In this document: in pieces, positions 32,338 through 42,233 of the stretch
Layout of the letters: every line of letters begins with the position of its first letter
How positions within the stretch are numbered: position 1 is the stretch's first letter
Assembly: GCA_963719945.1 (NCBI GenBank)
Contig: CAVRDX010000004.1
Span: 224,001 to 288,000, forward strand
Direction of reading: 5' to 3'
Origin: an uncultured Thermoplasmata archaeon
GTDB lineage: Archaea > Thermoplasmatota > Thermoplasmata > UBA10834
DNA length: 64,000 bases
Notes under the pieces: generated by a model
The model's input: only the letters and a program-made list of their open reading frames with translations
What the model was told of the DNA's origin: nothing
The model's database searches: none
Made by a program: the position numbers and the translations under genes

Positions 32338-35300
32338 GTGGAATTATCGTTGGCCGAAACAAGGGATAGTCCTGCTAGGTCCCTGTTTCCCAAGCTATTG
32401 AAGGGGGAGCGGGGTCCGAGCGAATTTGGTAAGTGGATGAGGGCGAATTGGACAGCACTGCTCATGCTGTCCTTCATATTCCTCCTGGCGCTCTTTGTAC
32501 GGTCGTATTTCGCATACGACACATCCGTGAACAACGGGTACTTAGTATCAGGTGGATCTGACTCGTATTACTGGGACAGAATCATCAACTACCATGTCGA
32601 AACGGGCGATAGCCTCTATTTCGACCCGATGTTGAACTATCCTTACGGCGGTATCAACCCGAGACCTCCGGTCTACAGCATGGCCATTGCCATCCCGGCG
32701 GTGCTCTCACAGGGTCTGTTCACATCGATCGATGATGCGACTGGGTTCATGATCGTCTGGTCGACCGCTTTCTGGGGCGCCCTGACGATAGTGCCAGTCT
32801 ACTTCCTTGGGAAGGAGACATTCGGAAGACGCGCAGGTCTCGCCGCGGCGTTCTTCTTCGCCCTTATGCCTGCTCACGTCCAACGTAGCGTGTTATCCAA
32901 CGCGGATCACGATGCCCTGATCCTATTCTTCATAGTGCTCATATTCTACTTCCTGCTCAAGTCGGTCAAGATCCAGGAACACAGGAGATGGGTCCAGGGT
33001 TGGAGGAGCTGGTCAAGCTTCAAGGCTGGCATGAAGGACTACTTCGCGAACAGCCACGCTCCGATTCTCTACGCGCTTCTCGCGGGTATCGCCTATGGCG
33101 TGCTGATGATGACTTGGGTGGGATTCGCATATGTGACGGTCCTTATACTGGTCTATTACATCGCGCAGTTGATCTTCAACAGGTTCAAGAACCAAGATTC
33201 GACAAGCGTGACCATTCTGATGCTCTTTACGTTCAGCATCGGCTACATCATTGCGCTCCCGTACTACATCAACTACTACGACTCCTTCATGGAGATCCGT
33301 TTCCTCGTGCCAGTCTATCTGACGTTCGGTGCTATGCTCTTCGGCGGGATGTTCGTAATCACCAGGGACTATCCATGGACATTGAGTTTGCCCGCGATTG
33401 GTGGAGTACTATCCGTCGGTGTCCTGAGTGTGCTGATACTCTACCCTGAACTGGGTGAGGCGATCATCACTGGTGCAGGTTACTTCCAGACCAGCAAGCT
33501 GTACTCGACCATCGCAGAAGCGCGTGCACCGATATTCTCCGAGCTCGCGTTGTCTTTCGGCATCGTGACATTCTTCATGTCGCTGGTCGGGCTCGTATGG
33601 GCAGTCCTCAAACTCCCGAAGCGTGCGACGACCGAATACATGTTCATAGTCGTCTGGCTCGCAGCATCAATCTTCATGGCGATCTCAGCTGGCAGGTTCA
33701 TGTTCAACGCTGCGCCCGCCTTCGCCCTATCTGCCGGTTGGGTGCTGATATTCATCGTCGACGGACTCGATTTCGAGAGTGTGCGCAAGACCATGATGGG
33801 TGCCGGCGGCTCTTTCCTGACAGTGTTCAGGAAGAGCGTGAAGATCAGGCATATCGTAGGTGTGCTCTTCCTCGCATTCCTTATCGTTCTGCCGAATGTC
33901 TGGTACTCCGTGGACGCGGGAATGCCTTCGGAAGTCAAGCGGATGTACGATAAACAGGTCTATTCGACACTGCCAGACTTCATGCAGCAGAGCGATTACG
34001 ACGAGATAAACGGGACTTACTGGTACTTCGGTGCCTTCGGCTACTCGTTGCCTCTGCCGACATACTACTATCCTGCCGCATGGTCTTGGTTCTCAGAACA
34101 GGATTCAGGAGTTTATCCGGATTCAAGCAAACCCGCCTATGTTGCATGGTGGGACTACGGTTTCGAAGCCATCGATGTGGGCGAACACCCTGCGGTGGCA
34201 GATAACTTCCAGAACGGCTATCGTATGACTGGTAATATCATCCTGGCGCAGAGCGAGGAGGAAGCCATCGCTCTGTTCGCATACCGGCTGATCGAAGTGG
34301 GCCTCTCCGAGGGCGGGGACATGGAAGTCGGCATCAATGCGCTTCTCGAGAGATACGGCATCTCGTCCGAGAGGATGTCAGAAATCCGGTTTGGTTCCGG
34401 GCAGGCGCTCATAGATGAGGTGCTCGCGGGTCCAGATGTGTACGGTCCGATGTCACAGGACCTGGATGTCGAGAACGCCCGCATAACCGTTGCGCGTGTC
34501 GAACTCGCGAAGATAGGCATGGACGGCCTGGTGGCACTGTACGATGACCTGTGTACCTTCACAGGCTGGGAGATCAGGTACTTCAATGTGGATTCCAGGA
34601 TGTTCCCTCTCTCAGGGTCGAGCACCGGCATATTCTACGCTCCTGCGAAACTGGCTGACCGGAGGTTCGCGGAAGGGTCCTCGATACCATACGACTTCTT
34701 CCGTATCGTTGCCGTGGACTCCAGCGGTGTCCAGCACGAGCTCGAGGATCTCACTTACAATATGAACATCGTGAGCTACGAGGTAGTCTACACTGAGATG
34801 TTCTACAACAGCATGTTCTACTCTGCCATGTGTGGATTCAGCGGCTCCGACCTCGGCCTCGAGAACACGGGTCTCCCTGGTTACTCGGGAGATATCCAGG
34901 GCGAGACACCGATGCCTGGATGGAACATGACACACTTCAGGATGGTCTACAGGACCGCCTATTATAACCCGTACCCGACGGACGAGATACCTTATCACTC
35001 CGACGCGACCATCGCGATAAGCTACGACGAGGCGCTCGAGATCAGCAAGAAGATCGCAGCTGGCGAGATGGAAGGGTACGTGTACGCTCCCGCTTCGGTC
35101 TACCAGAGTGGGACAGTGTTCTTGGAGTACTACCACGGTGCATACGTTAACGGTACCGTCACTACTGAGGAAGGATACCCGGTCGAGGGAATGGTTGTGA
35201 CTGTACTGGACGAGTACGGCATACCGCACCAGGTGACCACGACCAACGCCGTGGGCGAGTATTCTCTGCTCGCTCCGTTCGGGAACGTCACAGTCGTGAT

Positions 35301-38300
35301 CTCGCAAGGTTCGTATTTGACGACCTCGCTGATAGGCACAAACGAGATCGATTTCGTTCAGTTCAATGTCACTGACGACCAGGCCATGCGCGTGAAGCAG
35401 GACCAGAACGGCGACGGGATACTCGACTACATAATCACCAAGGACTTCGTGATGACCAGCACACCAGTGTCCGGCGACATCTTCTGGGATGTCGACAATG
35501 AGGGCAATTACACCGCGGGCACGGACGAACTCATCTCCGATGTGACGGTGGTCGCGGTCGACACGGTCTCTGGCAGGGCATACACATTCGACGCATCCGA
35601 TGGCACCTATGAGGGCACGCTTCCACCAGGTCAATACGACTTCAGTGCGATCGTGTTCGGCAAGAACCTGACGAACGCCGCGATGGCTAATGTCACATCC
35701 GGCTCCGAATTCACACTCAACCTGCCGATCGTTCCAGGTGGAATCACCGGCTACGCCAGCTATGCAGATGGTGAACCAGCCGCGGGCGTGGAGTTGGTAC
35801 TTTCCGACATCGCATCCGATATGCAGTTCGTCACTGTCACGGACGAGAGTGGCGAATATCTGTTCGACAGGGTCATCGAGTCCAAGTACAGACTTCAGAC
35901 GACGGATCCGGGACTGATAGTGTTCGACGAGAAGTTCCTCGTCACCACCTACACAGAGGGGCGGAACATCACTATTTGTGACAAGATTTCGATATCGTAC
36001 AGAGCATCGACCATTGACGGCGTCTCCGCGGCCTTTGCCTCGTATCTGCTTTCGGATGACTATGATGCATCCGAATTCCTGACGGGAAGCGCGGATAGAT
36101 ATGGTCGGATCAGCCTCGATCTGCCGGTGGGACATTACAGCCTGTACGTCACATACAATTCTGGTGATGTGACCTATGCAGGCGCAATCGCGATAGATGC
36201 GAGCACATCGTCGACAGGCACACTCACACTCGCCGAAGCCTACAGGATCGTTGGCGGACTCACGTCCCCTAGTGGGTCAGTTGCGAAGAGTTGCTATGTC
36301 ACATTCACATCGCAGAACGGCGCAAGGACCCCAGTCCTGAGTGATAAGTATGGCAGTCTGGAGACATGGCTCCCGGCCGGCATATACGCCGTAACGGCAG
36401 CCTCTGAGACGTACAGCGGCATCTACTCCTCCTCCCTCACTGTCAGTTCGGACATCGTGGGAACCAGCTTCAAGATGTCCAGCGCGATCACGATATCCGG
36501 GACTCTGTACATGGACTCCAATAGCGATGGGGCGATATCCATGTCTGAGGTTGGATCGGGCGGACTAATGATCTGCACCGACTCCTTCGGAAGGATGCAC
36601 TACTGGAGAGCGGATTCCGGCGGGGCGTTCTCTATCATGATCCAGAAAGGCATCAATACGGTCCTCACGAGTGGAAATGATGGATACTCGTCTTGGTCCA
36701 GCAGCATCCTCTTCGGAGACGATGTCTCAGACACCTCCCTAATAATGGTGCCTGACCAAGTCGTCGTCACTGGCAAGGTGACTTCGGGCTCCCTCGGCAT
36801 CAGAGGCGTCGATGTCTTGTTCGACCCGACGAGCACCAGCATATCCCCAGTCACTGTGGTGTCTGGAACGAACGGATACTTCTCCGTGGCAATCGATCCA
36901 TCGGAGTACACGGTCATAATCGATCAGGAATCATCCAGTGTTGAGGGCCAGTGGTATCAGTACGAATCGGATGTCGAGATACTGCCGAGTTCGGCATCCA
37001 TGACCCTGAATATTCCGGTGACCACGCGAGTCGAGGTTTCCGGCAACATCATCGGGGCATCGTCTGATCTGAGTGTCCGCTTCACGGGGCCTGAAACCAA
37101 GGAACAGTCGCTCGACCTATTCAGCTATTCCTTGCTTCTGATCCCTGGCACATATGACGTGTACGCAAGCGGGCTCACGGGAAGTTCCAGTTACGCCAAG
37201 ATGCTCTCTTTCGAAGTATCTCTCGACTCTAGGGTGTGTGATATCCATCTCGAGCTTGCACGCGACCTGTCGGGGACCATCACTATCGAGAGCTCCACTG
37301 TGACCAAGCCGGTCACTGTCACGGCTACCTCGCTGCTGGGCGTCCAGATATCCGAAGAATCCTCGAATTCTGGAGTCTACAGTCTGATTCTGCCACAAGG
37401 GACCTATGTCGTCTCGTACCTTCTGGAGAGCACTCTGGCAGATGCATCCGGCACGAAGTACATCGAATACTACGACGAGTCGATCATCGAGGTGAGTTCG
37501 GCTGACGTCATCGAGAGTCCAGAACTCAGCATGCGGTTCGACAACACGACCCTGAGTGGACAGGTCGTCAATGAATATGGCACGCCTGTGACGGCGTTCA
37601 TCCAGCTGACTCCTAATGGTAACAACGGCATCGCAACATCGTTCGCGACATCGTCATCAGGTTCGTTCTCGGCCAAGGTTCAGCCGGGAGACTATACGAT
37701 GTATGTTACTCGATCGACTGACAAGCGTGTATCTATCAGCTATATGCACATCGAGAGGAACACGCCCGTCGAGCAGACGGTCGCTCTCTCGGTCGGTGTA
37801 TACCTGAAGGGCACACTGACAGTCGCAGGTTCGGCATCGCAGGAGACTGTACTGATCTCCAATGGGGAGACGCAATTGTCCCTCGTCCCTGGAGCAGACG
37901 GATTCTTCAACGCGCTCGTGCCTAATGGCGAGTACACGGTCAGCTCTTCGGCCTCCAGGGTCGAAGGTGGCATGACTGTGAGTTACGGCCTCTCGAAAGA
38001 CGTGGTCATGAACAAGAGCGATGTCTTCGTCGATCTCTTCCTGGTGCGAAACACGAAGCGCTCGGTCGTCGGCAGCTGGGATTCCACTGCACTCAAGACG
38101 GTCGCGCTCGGAGGAGAGATCAGCTATGTGATCTCCCTTGATAACACGGGGAACGTCGCAGATACCTACACGCTCTCATCCTCGAACAGCGACTTCGAAG
38201 TGACCTTCGAGCCAGCCGAGGTGTACGCCGACTTCGGCACTTATGGCGATAAAGTATACGTCATCGCGAGGATAACGATCGGCGCCTCGCTCGAAGCGGG

Positions 38301-38922
38301 GAACAATACGCTTACCGTGACAGCGAAATCGAATTCCCAGAGCAGTGTCCGGACCGATATCAGCATGATCGTGAACGTACTGCCATCCCACTCAGTGACG
38401 ATAGAGAGCACGGGCACTGGCAGCCCCGTCAATGGGAACAGCACCGCCACGACCTTCGTCGTGACCAACACTGGCAATGTCGCTGATGAGTTCACGCTCG
38501 AAGTGTCCAACCTGCAGGCGCTGGAGTCCTCTGGCTGGACGGCTAAGGTCGTGGATGTCGGAACAGGTGTGGAAGTGACATCCGTCGAGCTCGAAGCATA
38601 TGAGGAAGCGGAGTTCAAGGTGATGTTCACAAGCATTCGCGCGACCCCGGACCCGAAGGCTGAAGCGGTCGTTCTGGCCGTCTCAACCGTCAACGACGGT
38701 GTCGAGGTGCAAGGCACGATCGCAGTCAAGCTGCCGGACCTGGTAGTGGGTGCTGGCGACCTCGAGGTCGATCGGGACGATGTTTCGTATGTGTACGATT
38801 CGAGCCGCATGTACCTTGATGTGATACTAGCAGCGATGCTCGCAGCTCTTGTGGCGATGTTCTTCATAATGAGGCGCCGCAAAGGTCTAGGCAGATCATC
38901 CGACAAGGGGGGTAAGAAATGA
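32338..38922 (+). CDS. aglB: Oligosaccharyltransferase AglB (STT3) with very long beta-rich C-terminal extension and second membrane anchor
   Basis: N-terminal multi-TM region with SDSYY, DHD, TIAE, WWDYG and DNFQ motifs, then repeated G-x-V...G-x-Y/F beta modules and a terminal TM + RRRK. Start may be TTG 32350. Confidence 0.92.
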   Translation: MELSLAETRDSPARSLFPKLLKGERGPSEFGKWMRANWTALLMLSFIFLLALFVRSYFAYDTSVNNGYLVSGGSDSYYWDRIINYHVETGDSLYFDPMLNYPYGGINPRPPVYSMAIAIPAVLSQGLFTSIDDATGFMIVWSTAFWGALTIVPVYFLGKETFGRRAGLAAAFFFALMPAHVQRSVLSNADHDALILFFIVLIFYFLLKSVKIQEHRRWVQGWRSWSSFKAGMKDYFANSHAPILYALLAGIAYGVLMMTWVGFAYVTVLILVYYIAQLIFNRFKNQDSTSVTILMLFTFSIGYIIALPYYINYYDSFMEIRFLVPVYLTFGAMLFGGMFVITRDYPWTLSLPAIGGVLSVGVLSVLILYPELGEAIITGAGYFQTSKLYSTIAEARAPIFSELALSFGIVTFFMSLVGLVWAVLKLPKRATTEYMFIVVWLAASIFMAISAGRFMFNAAPAFALSAGWVLIFIVDGLDFESVRKTMMGAGGSFLTVFRKSVKIRHIVGVLFLAFLIVLPNVWYSVDAGMPSEVKRMYDKQVYSTLPDFMQQSDYDEINGTYWYFGAFGYSLPLPTYYYPAAWSWFSEQDSGVYPDSSKPAYVAWWDYGFEAIDVGEHPAVADNFQNGYRMTGNIILAQSEEEAIALFAYRLIEVGLSEGGDMEVGINALLERYGISSERMSEIRFGSGQALIDEVLAGPDVYGPMSQDLDVENARITVARVELAKIGMDGLVALYDDLCTFTGWEIRYFNVDSRMFPLSGSSTGIFYAPAKLADRRFAEGSSIPYDFFRIVAVDSSGVQHELEDLTYNMNIVSYEVVYTEMFYNSMFYSAMCGFSGSDLGLENTGLPGYSGDIQGETPMPGWNMTHFRMVYRTAYYNPYPTDEIPYHSDATIAISYDEALEISKKIAAGEMEGYVYAPASVYQSGTVFLEYYHGAYVNGTVTTEEGYPVEGMVVTVLDEYGIPHQVTTTNAVGEYSLLAPFGNVTVVISQGSYLTTSLIGTNEIDFVQFNVTDDQAMRVKQDQNGDGILDYIITKDFVMTSTPVSGDIFWDVDNEGNYTAGTDELISDVTVVAVDTVSGRAYTFDASDGTYEGTLPPGQYDFSAIVFGKNLTNAAMANVTSGSEFTLNLPIVPGGITGYASYADGEPAAGVELVLSDIASDMQFVTVTDESGEYLFDRVIESKYRLQTTDPGLIVFDEKFLVTTYTEGRNITICDKISISYRASTIDGVSAAFASYLLSDDYDASEFLTGSADRYGRISLDLPVGHYSLYVTYNSGDVTYAGAIAIDASTSSTGTLTLAEAYRIVGGLTSPSGSVAKSCYVTFTSQNGARTPVLSDKYGSLETWLPAGIYAVTAASETYSGIYSSSLTVSSDIVGTSFKMSSAITISGTLYMDSNSDGAISMSEVGSGGLMICTDSFGRMHYWRADSGGAFSIMIQKGINTVLTSGNDGYSSWSSSILFGDDVSDTSLIMVPDQVVVTGKVTSGSLGIRGVDVLFDPTSTSISPVTVVSGTNGYFSVAIDPSEYTVIIDQESSSVEGQWYQYESDVEILPSSASMTLNIPVTTRVEVSGNIIGASSDLSVRFTGPETKEQSLDLFSYSLLLIPGTYDVYASGLTGSSSYAKMLSFEVSLDSRVCDIHLELARDLSGTITIESSTVTKPVTVTATSLLGVQISEESSNSGVYSLILPQGTYVVSYLLESTLADASGTKYIEYYDESIIEVSSADVIESPELSMRFDNTTLSGQVVNEYGTPVTAFIQLTPNGNNGIATSFATSSSGSFSAKVQPGDYTMYVTRSTDKRVSISYMHIERNTPVEQTVALSVGVYLKGTLTVAGSASQETVLISNGETQLSLVPGADGFFNALVPNGEYTVSSSASRVEGGMTVSYGLSKDVVMNKSDVFVDLFLVRNTKRSVVGSWDSTALKTVALGGEISYVISLDNTGNVADTYTLSSSNSDFEVTFEPAEVYADFGTYGDKVYVIARITIGASLEAGNNTLTVTAKSNSQSSVRTDISMIVNVLPSHSVTIESTGTGSPVNGNSTATTFVVTNTGNVADEFTLEVSNLQALESSGWTAKVVDVGTGVEVTSVELEAYEEAEFKVMFTSIRATPDPKAEAVVLAVSTVNDGVEVQGTIAVKLPDLVVGAGDLEVDRDDVSYVYDSSRMYLDVILAAMLAALVAMFFIMRRRKGLGRSSDKGGKK

Positions 38923-39719
38923 AGACCTTGGCAGTCCGAGCGATGACATTGGCAGTGCTGACCGTCATGGTCCTGGCACTGTGCGTGGTCGCAGTTGATC
39001 GCGCATCGACCAACGCGGCTGCATACTCCCCGATATCGGTCTCAGTCGAAGTGGCCACCGCGGCAGAGAAATCCGCCGTCATCCCGTGCACGATCACGAT
39101 CGCAGGCGGGCCAGCATCAGATGCACCTGGCAATTACTCGTACAAGGCGGAGATCATTGCCGACAACAAGACCGGCTCATCCGTCACTTCTAGCACGGGC
39201 ACATCCTCATCTGGCAAGTTCAAACTGAACATCACCATGCCTGGATACGGTCCGCAGACAATCACGCTGAAGGTCAACGCGACCTCGAAGAACTCGGTCA
39301 CTGGCGACAGCGTCAACAAGATAAGTGAAGTGACGATCAAGGTCGTCGATCCGATCATCCTGAGAGTCACCGTACACAACACGGGTGTGGTCGATGCCAA
39401 GAACGTCACCGCTAAGTTCTACGCTGACGGGATACTCCTGAACACGCAGATATTCAATGTCTCTGCCGGTTCGTCCAAGGTGCTCAAACAGAACTGGACC
39501 TGGGTCAATATCGCTGATGGCAAGCATGTCGTATCCGTGATAATCGACGATCCGAACGGAATCGTCGAGTTCAGCGACGGGAACAATATCTATTCGATGA
39601 CGATCTACATCGGAGAGCAGAGCAACCCGATCGGTGGTGTGCTGACGGTCGGCGTGATCATTATGTCCTTGTTATTGGGATTGACCATGATGACCAAGCC
39701 GTCCCGCAGGAAGAAGTGA
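38919..39719 (+). CDS. Membrane-anchored CARDB/Ig-like surface protein
   Basis: Signal peptide, TVHNTGVVDAKNV...IDDPNGIVEFSDGNN CARDB pattern, C-terminal TM + RRKK; overlaps the aglB stop. Confidence 0.82.
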   Translation: MKTLAVRAMTLAVLTVMVLALCVVAVDRASTNAAAYSPISVSVEVATAAEKSAVIPCTITIAGGPASDAPGNYSYKAEIIADNKTGSSVTSSTGTSSSGKFKLNITMPGYGPQTITLKVNATSKNSVTGDSVNKISEVTIKVVDPIILRVTVHNTGVVDAKNVTAKFYADGILLNTQIFNVSAGSSKVLKQNWTWVNIADGKHVVSVIIDDPNGIVEFSDGNNIYSMTIYIGEQSNPIGGVLTVGVIIMSLLLGLTMMTKPSRRKK

Positions 39720-39811
39720 TGGCGAGCGAGACTCGGGCCGGCATGATTGCCTATCTGGGATAGATATTATATCGCAGAAGCTCTTTGTGGCCAGTCAAGG
39801 ATGTGAGGCTC

Positions 39812-40135
39812 CTGTCAGAAGATATCGTACATCTTACAGATGCGAATTTCGAGACCGTCGTGAAATCCTCAGAAAAGCTGATAATCGACTGTTGGGCGCC
39901 ATGGTGCGGTCCTTGCAGGATGCTCGCACCGACGTTCGAAGCGCTCGCGAAGGATTACAAAGGCAAGGTCACCTTCGCCAAGCTCGACACAGACGAAGCC
40001 CCCAAGACTGCGATGTCGATGGGCATCAACAGCATACCGACCTTGATATTCTTCAAGGGCGGGAACCAGGTCGAGAGGATGACCGGTGCTCATCCGAGGG
40101 CGAACATCGAGAACACGATGAAGAAGCACTTCTGA
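39812..40135 (+). CDS. trxA: Thioredoxin
   Basis: WAPWCGPC and SIPT. Start proposed at CTG 39812; GTG 39803 is the alternative. Confidence 0.95.
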   Translation: MSEDIVHLTDANFETVVKSSEKLIIDCWAPWCGPCRMLAPTFEALAKDYKGKVTFAKLDTDEAPKTAMSMGINSIPTLIFFKGGNQVERMTGAHPRANIENTMKKHF

Positions 40136-40156
40136 TGGTCTCGGAAATATCGCACT

Positions 40157-40774
40157 TCAAAACTTCTTCAATACTTCTTCCAACTTTTCCTGAAGGTTCT
40201 TGGCGCTAGCGGCGACCGCCACCTCTCCACGTGTCTTCTCCAGCAGACTCCTCGCGATGTCCTGCTTCCGCCTTATGGCGACGATGGCGTCGGGATAATC
40301 GAACCTCATCAGTGCTGTGTACAGATCCTCCATCCTGTCGAGGAAGTAGTTCGCCCTGATGACGTTACTTCTCTTCAGCTCGTCAAGGGCAAGACGCCTC
40401 AACTCTCCGACCGAATCTCCGAGCGCGAGCAGATAGGCGACGCTGGATACCCCCAACTCCTCCGGTGATGGCACATCGTCCCTTTCCAGCAGTGATAGGA
40501 TAATTCCAACCTCTGCATACTCCTGGAACGCGCTCTCCACATATCCGGCGGACCATAGGTCCGGATGGTCCGCTAGCAGGCTGGACAGCATCGAAGCCTC
40601 ATCCTTCAGCTCGTCCAGGGCCTCGGCGATATCCTCGTCCCTGTGGATGCTCTTCATTATTCCTCCTGACAGTCTTACAACGGCCCTGGACGATTTCAAG
40701 GCGACCTCCCTGATCTGATCCTTCTCATCCAGTTCCTCTTCTATCTTCGTGACTACTTTCTCCAGGTTGATCAT
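40157..40774 (-). CDS. Translin/Trax-family protein
   Basis: REVALKSSR, FQEYAE, YLLALGDSVGELRR and RRKQDIARSLLEKTRGE. Confidence 0.88.
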   Translation of the reverse strand: MINLEKVVTKIEEELDEKDQIREVALKSSRAVVRLSGGIMKSIHRDEDIAEALDELKDEASMLSSLLADHPDLWSAGYVESAFQEYAEVGIILSLLERDDVPSPEELGVSSVAYLLALGDSVGELRRLALDELKRSNVIRANYFLDRMEDLYTALMRFDYPDAIVAIRRKQDIARSLLEKTRGEVAVAASAKNLQEKLEEVLKKF

Positions 40775-42099
40775 CTTGAGCACCCTCTGATACCATTCAT
40801 CCTGACGACTTTCGCTTCCAGCATGACCCGCTTGCCGATGTCGTGTCTCACGAATATCTTGCCAGAGACATGCCTGATCGCGTTCTCTGCGATCCTCTCA
40901 GCCTCGTCTATCTCCTCCGAGACACCGACGATGCCCACAGACCTCGACGTGGTGGTGTAGACCTTCCCATCCTTCTCGTTCACGCTAGCATAGTACAACA
41001 CCGCGCCCTCGTCCGATATCGCCTTCTCATCGACCTTGATCTCCTCTCCTGCGAGAGGTTTGGAGCCGTATCCTGCAGGGACGACGTACTTACAGACGGA
41101 GGCTTTTCTGTGGAATTGATTGAGACCGTTCGCGAGGTTTCCGTCTGCCATCCCCTGGCATATCTTCACGAAATCGCCACGCAACAATGTGAGGACGTTC
41201 ATGGCTTCGGGGTCTCCGAACCTCGCATTGAATTCTATGACCTTGGGGCCATCCTTCGTCAGCATGAACTGGCCGTACAGGGTCCCCTTGTACGGCGCCC
41301 CCTCCTTCTTGAGGGCGCCGACGGTCTGCTCTATTATGGACACCGCCTGGTCATAATCCCCCTTGGTCAGGAACGGCAGGAGCCCATCGGACTGCGAGTA
41401 TGAGCCCATGCCTCCGGTGTTGGGCCCTTTATCTCCCTCATAGGCCCTCTTGTGATCTTGGACCGCTGGCATGGGCAGTATCCTGGTGCCATCGCAGAAT
41501 GCCTGAAGCGTGAACTCCTCGCCGACGAGCTTCTCTTCGAGGACGATCTTGCTGCCGCCTATGCGGCTCGATATTATCTCCTCCGAATAGCGCAGGATGT
41601 CTTCCTTGGTCATCATGTGTTCGCCAAAGACCTTCACTCCTTTCCCGCCTGTGAGTCCTGTCGGCTTGACGACGATCTCGTTCCCGAGCGCGTCCAGGCC
41701 TGACACGACTTCGTCCATCGTATGGGCCTCGATGAATCTCACAGATCCCTTCACACCGTATTTCTTCATCAGGTTCCGCATGAAGATCTTCGAGGTCTCT
41801 ATCCTCGCAGCGTCCTTGGACGGACTGGCTGTGGGTATGCCCGCATTCTCGAGCCCGTCCGCCAGACCGACCTCGAGAGGCGCCTCCGGCCCTACGACCG
41901 CAAGCTCGACACCCTTCCCCTTGGCGTACTCGACCACCTTCGCCACATCCATCTCGTCAACATAGAATGTGTCCTTAGCGATCCTAGCGATGCCGGGATT
42001 CCTGTTCTTCATTGCGACGAATACATCAGCGCCCGATCTCGCGAGTCCGCTAACGATCGCGTGCTCTCGGGCACCTCCCCCAACGGCCAGCACTTTCAT
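40771..42099 (-). CDS. purD: Phosphoribosylamine--glycine ligase
   Basis: GGGAREHA, QDHKRAYEGDKGPNTGGMG, EFNARFGDPE. Confidence 0.97.
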   Translation of the reverse strand: MKVLAVGGGAREHAIVSGLARSGADVFVAMKNRNPGIARIAKDTFYVDEMDVAKVVEYAKGKGVELAVVGPEAPLEVGLADGLENAGIPTASPSKDAARIETSKIFMRNLMKKYGVKGSVRFIEAHTMDEVVSGLDALGNEIVVKPTGLTGGKGVKVFGEHMMTKEDILRYSEEIISSRIGGSKIVLEEKLVGEEFTLQAFCDGTRILPMPAVQDHKRAYEGDKGPNTGGMGSYSQSDGLLPFLTKGDYDQAVSIIEQTVGALKKEGAPYKGTLYGQFMLTKDGPKVIEFNARFGDPEAMNVLTLLRGDFVKICQGMADGNLANGLNQFHRKASVCKYVVPAGYGSKPLAGEEIKVDEKAISDEGAVLYYASVNEKDGKVYTTTSRSVGIVGVSEEIDEAERIAENAIRHVSGKIFVRHDIGKRVMLEAKVVRMNGIRGCSR

Positions 42100-42233
42100 T
42101 ATATGCAACCGGCCAGGGCATCAGGCTCAGGTCTTAAGAAGATTTTCTATGGACCGGTGTTTTTTCGGTCATTCTTCTCTCCTTGCTGATGCCCAGCAAA
42201 TCATTTAAGACGACTAACACCTTCTACTGCCCG

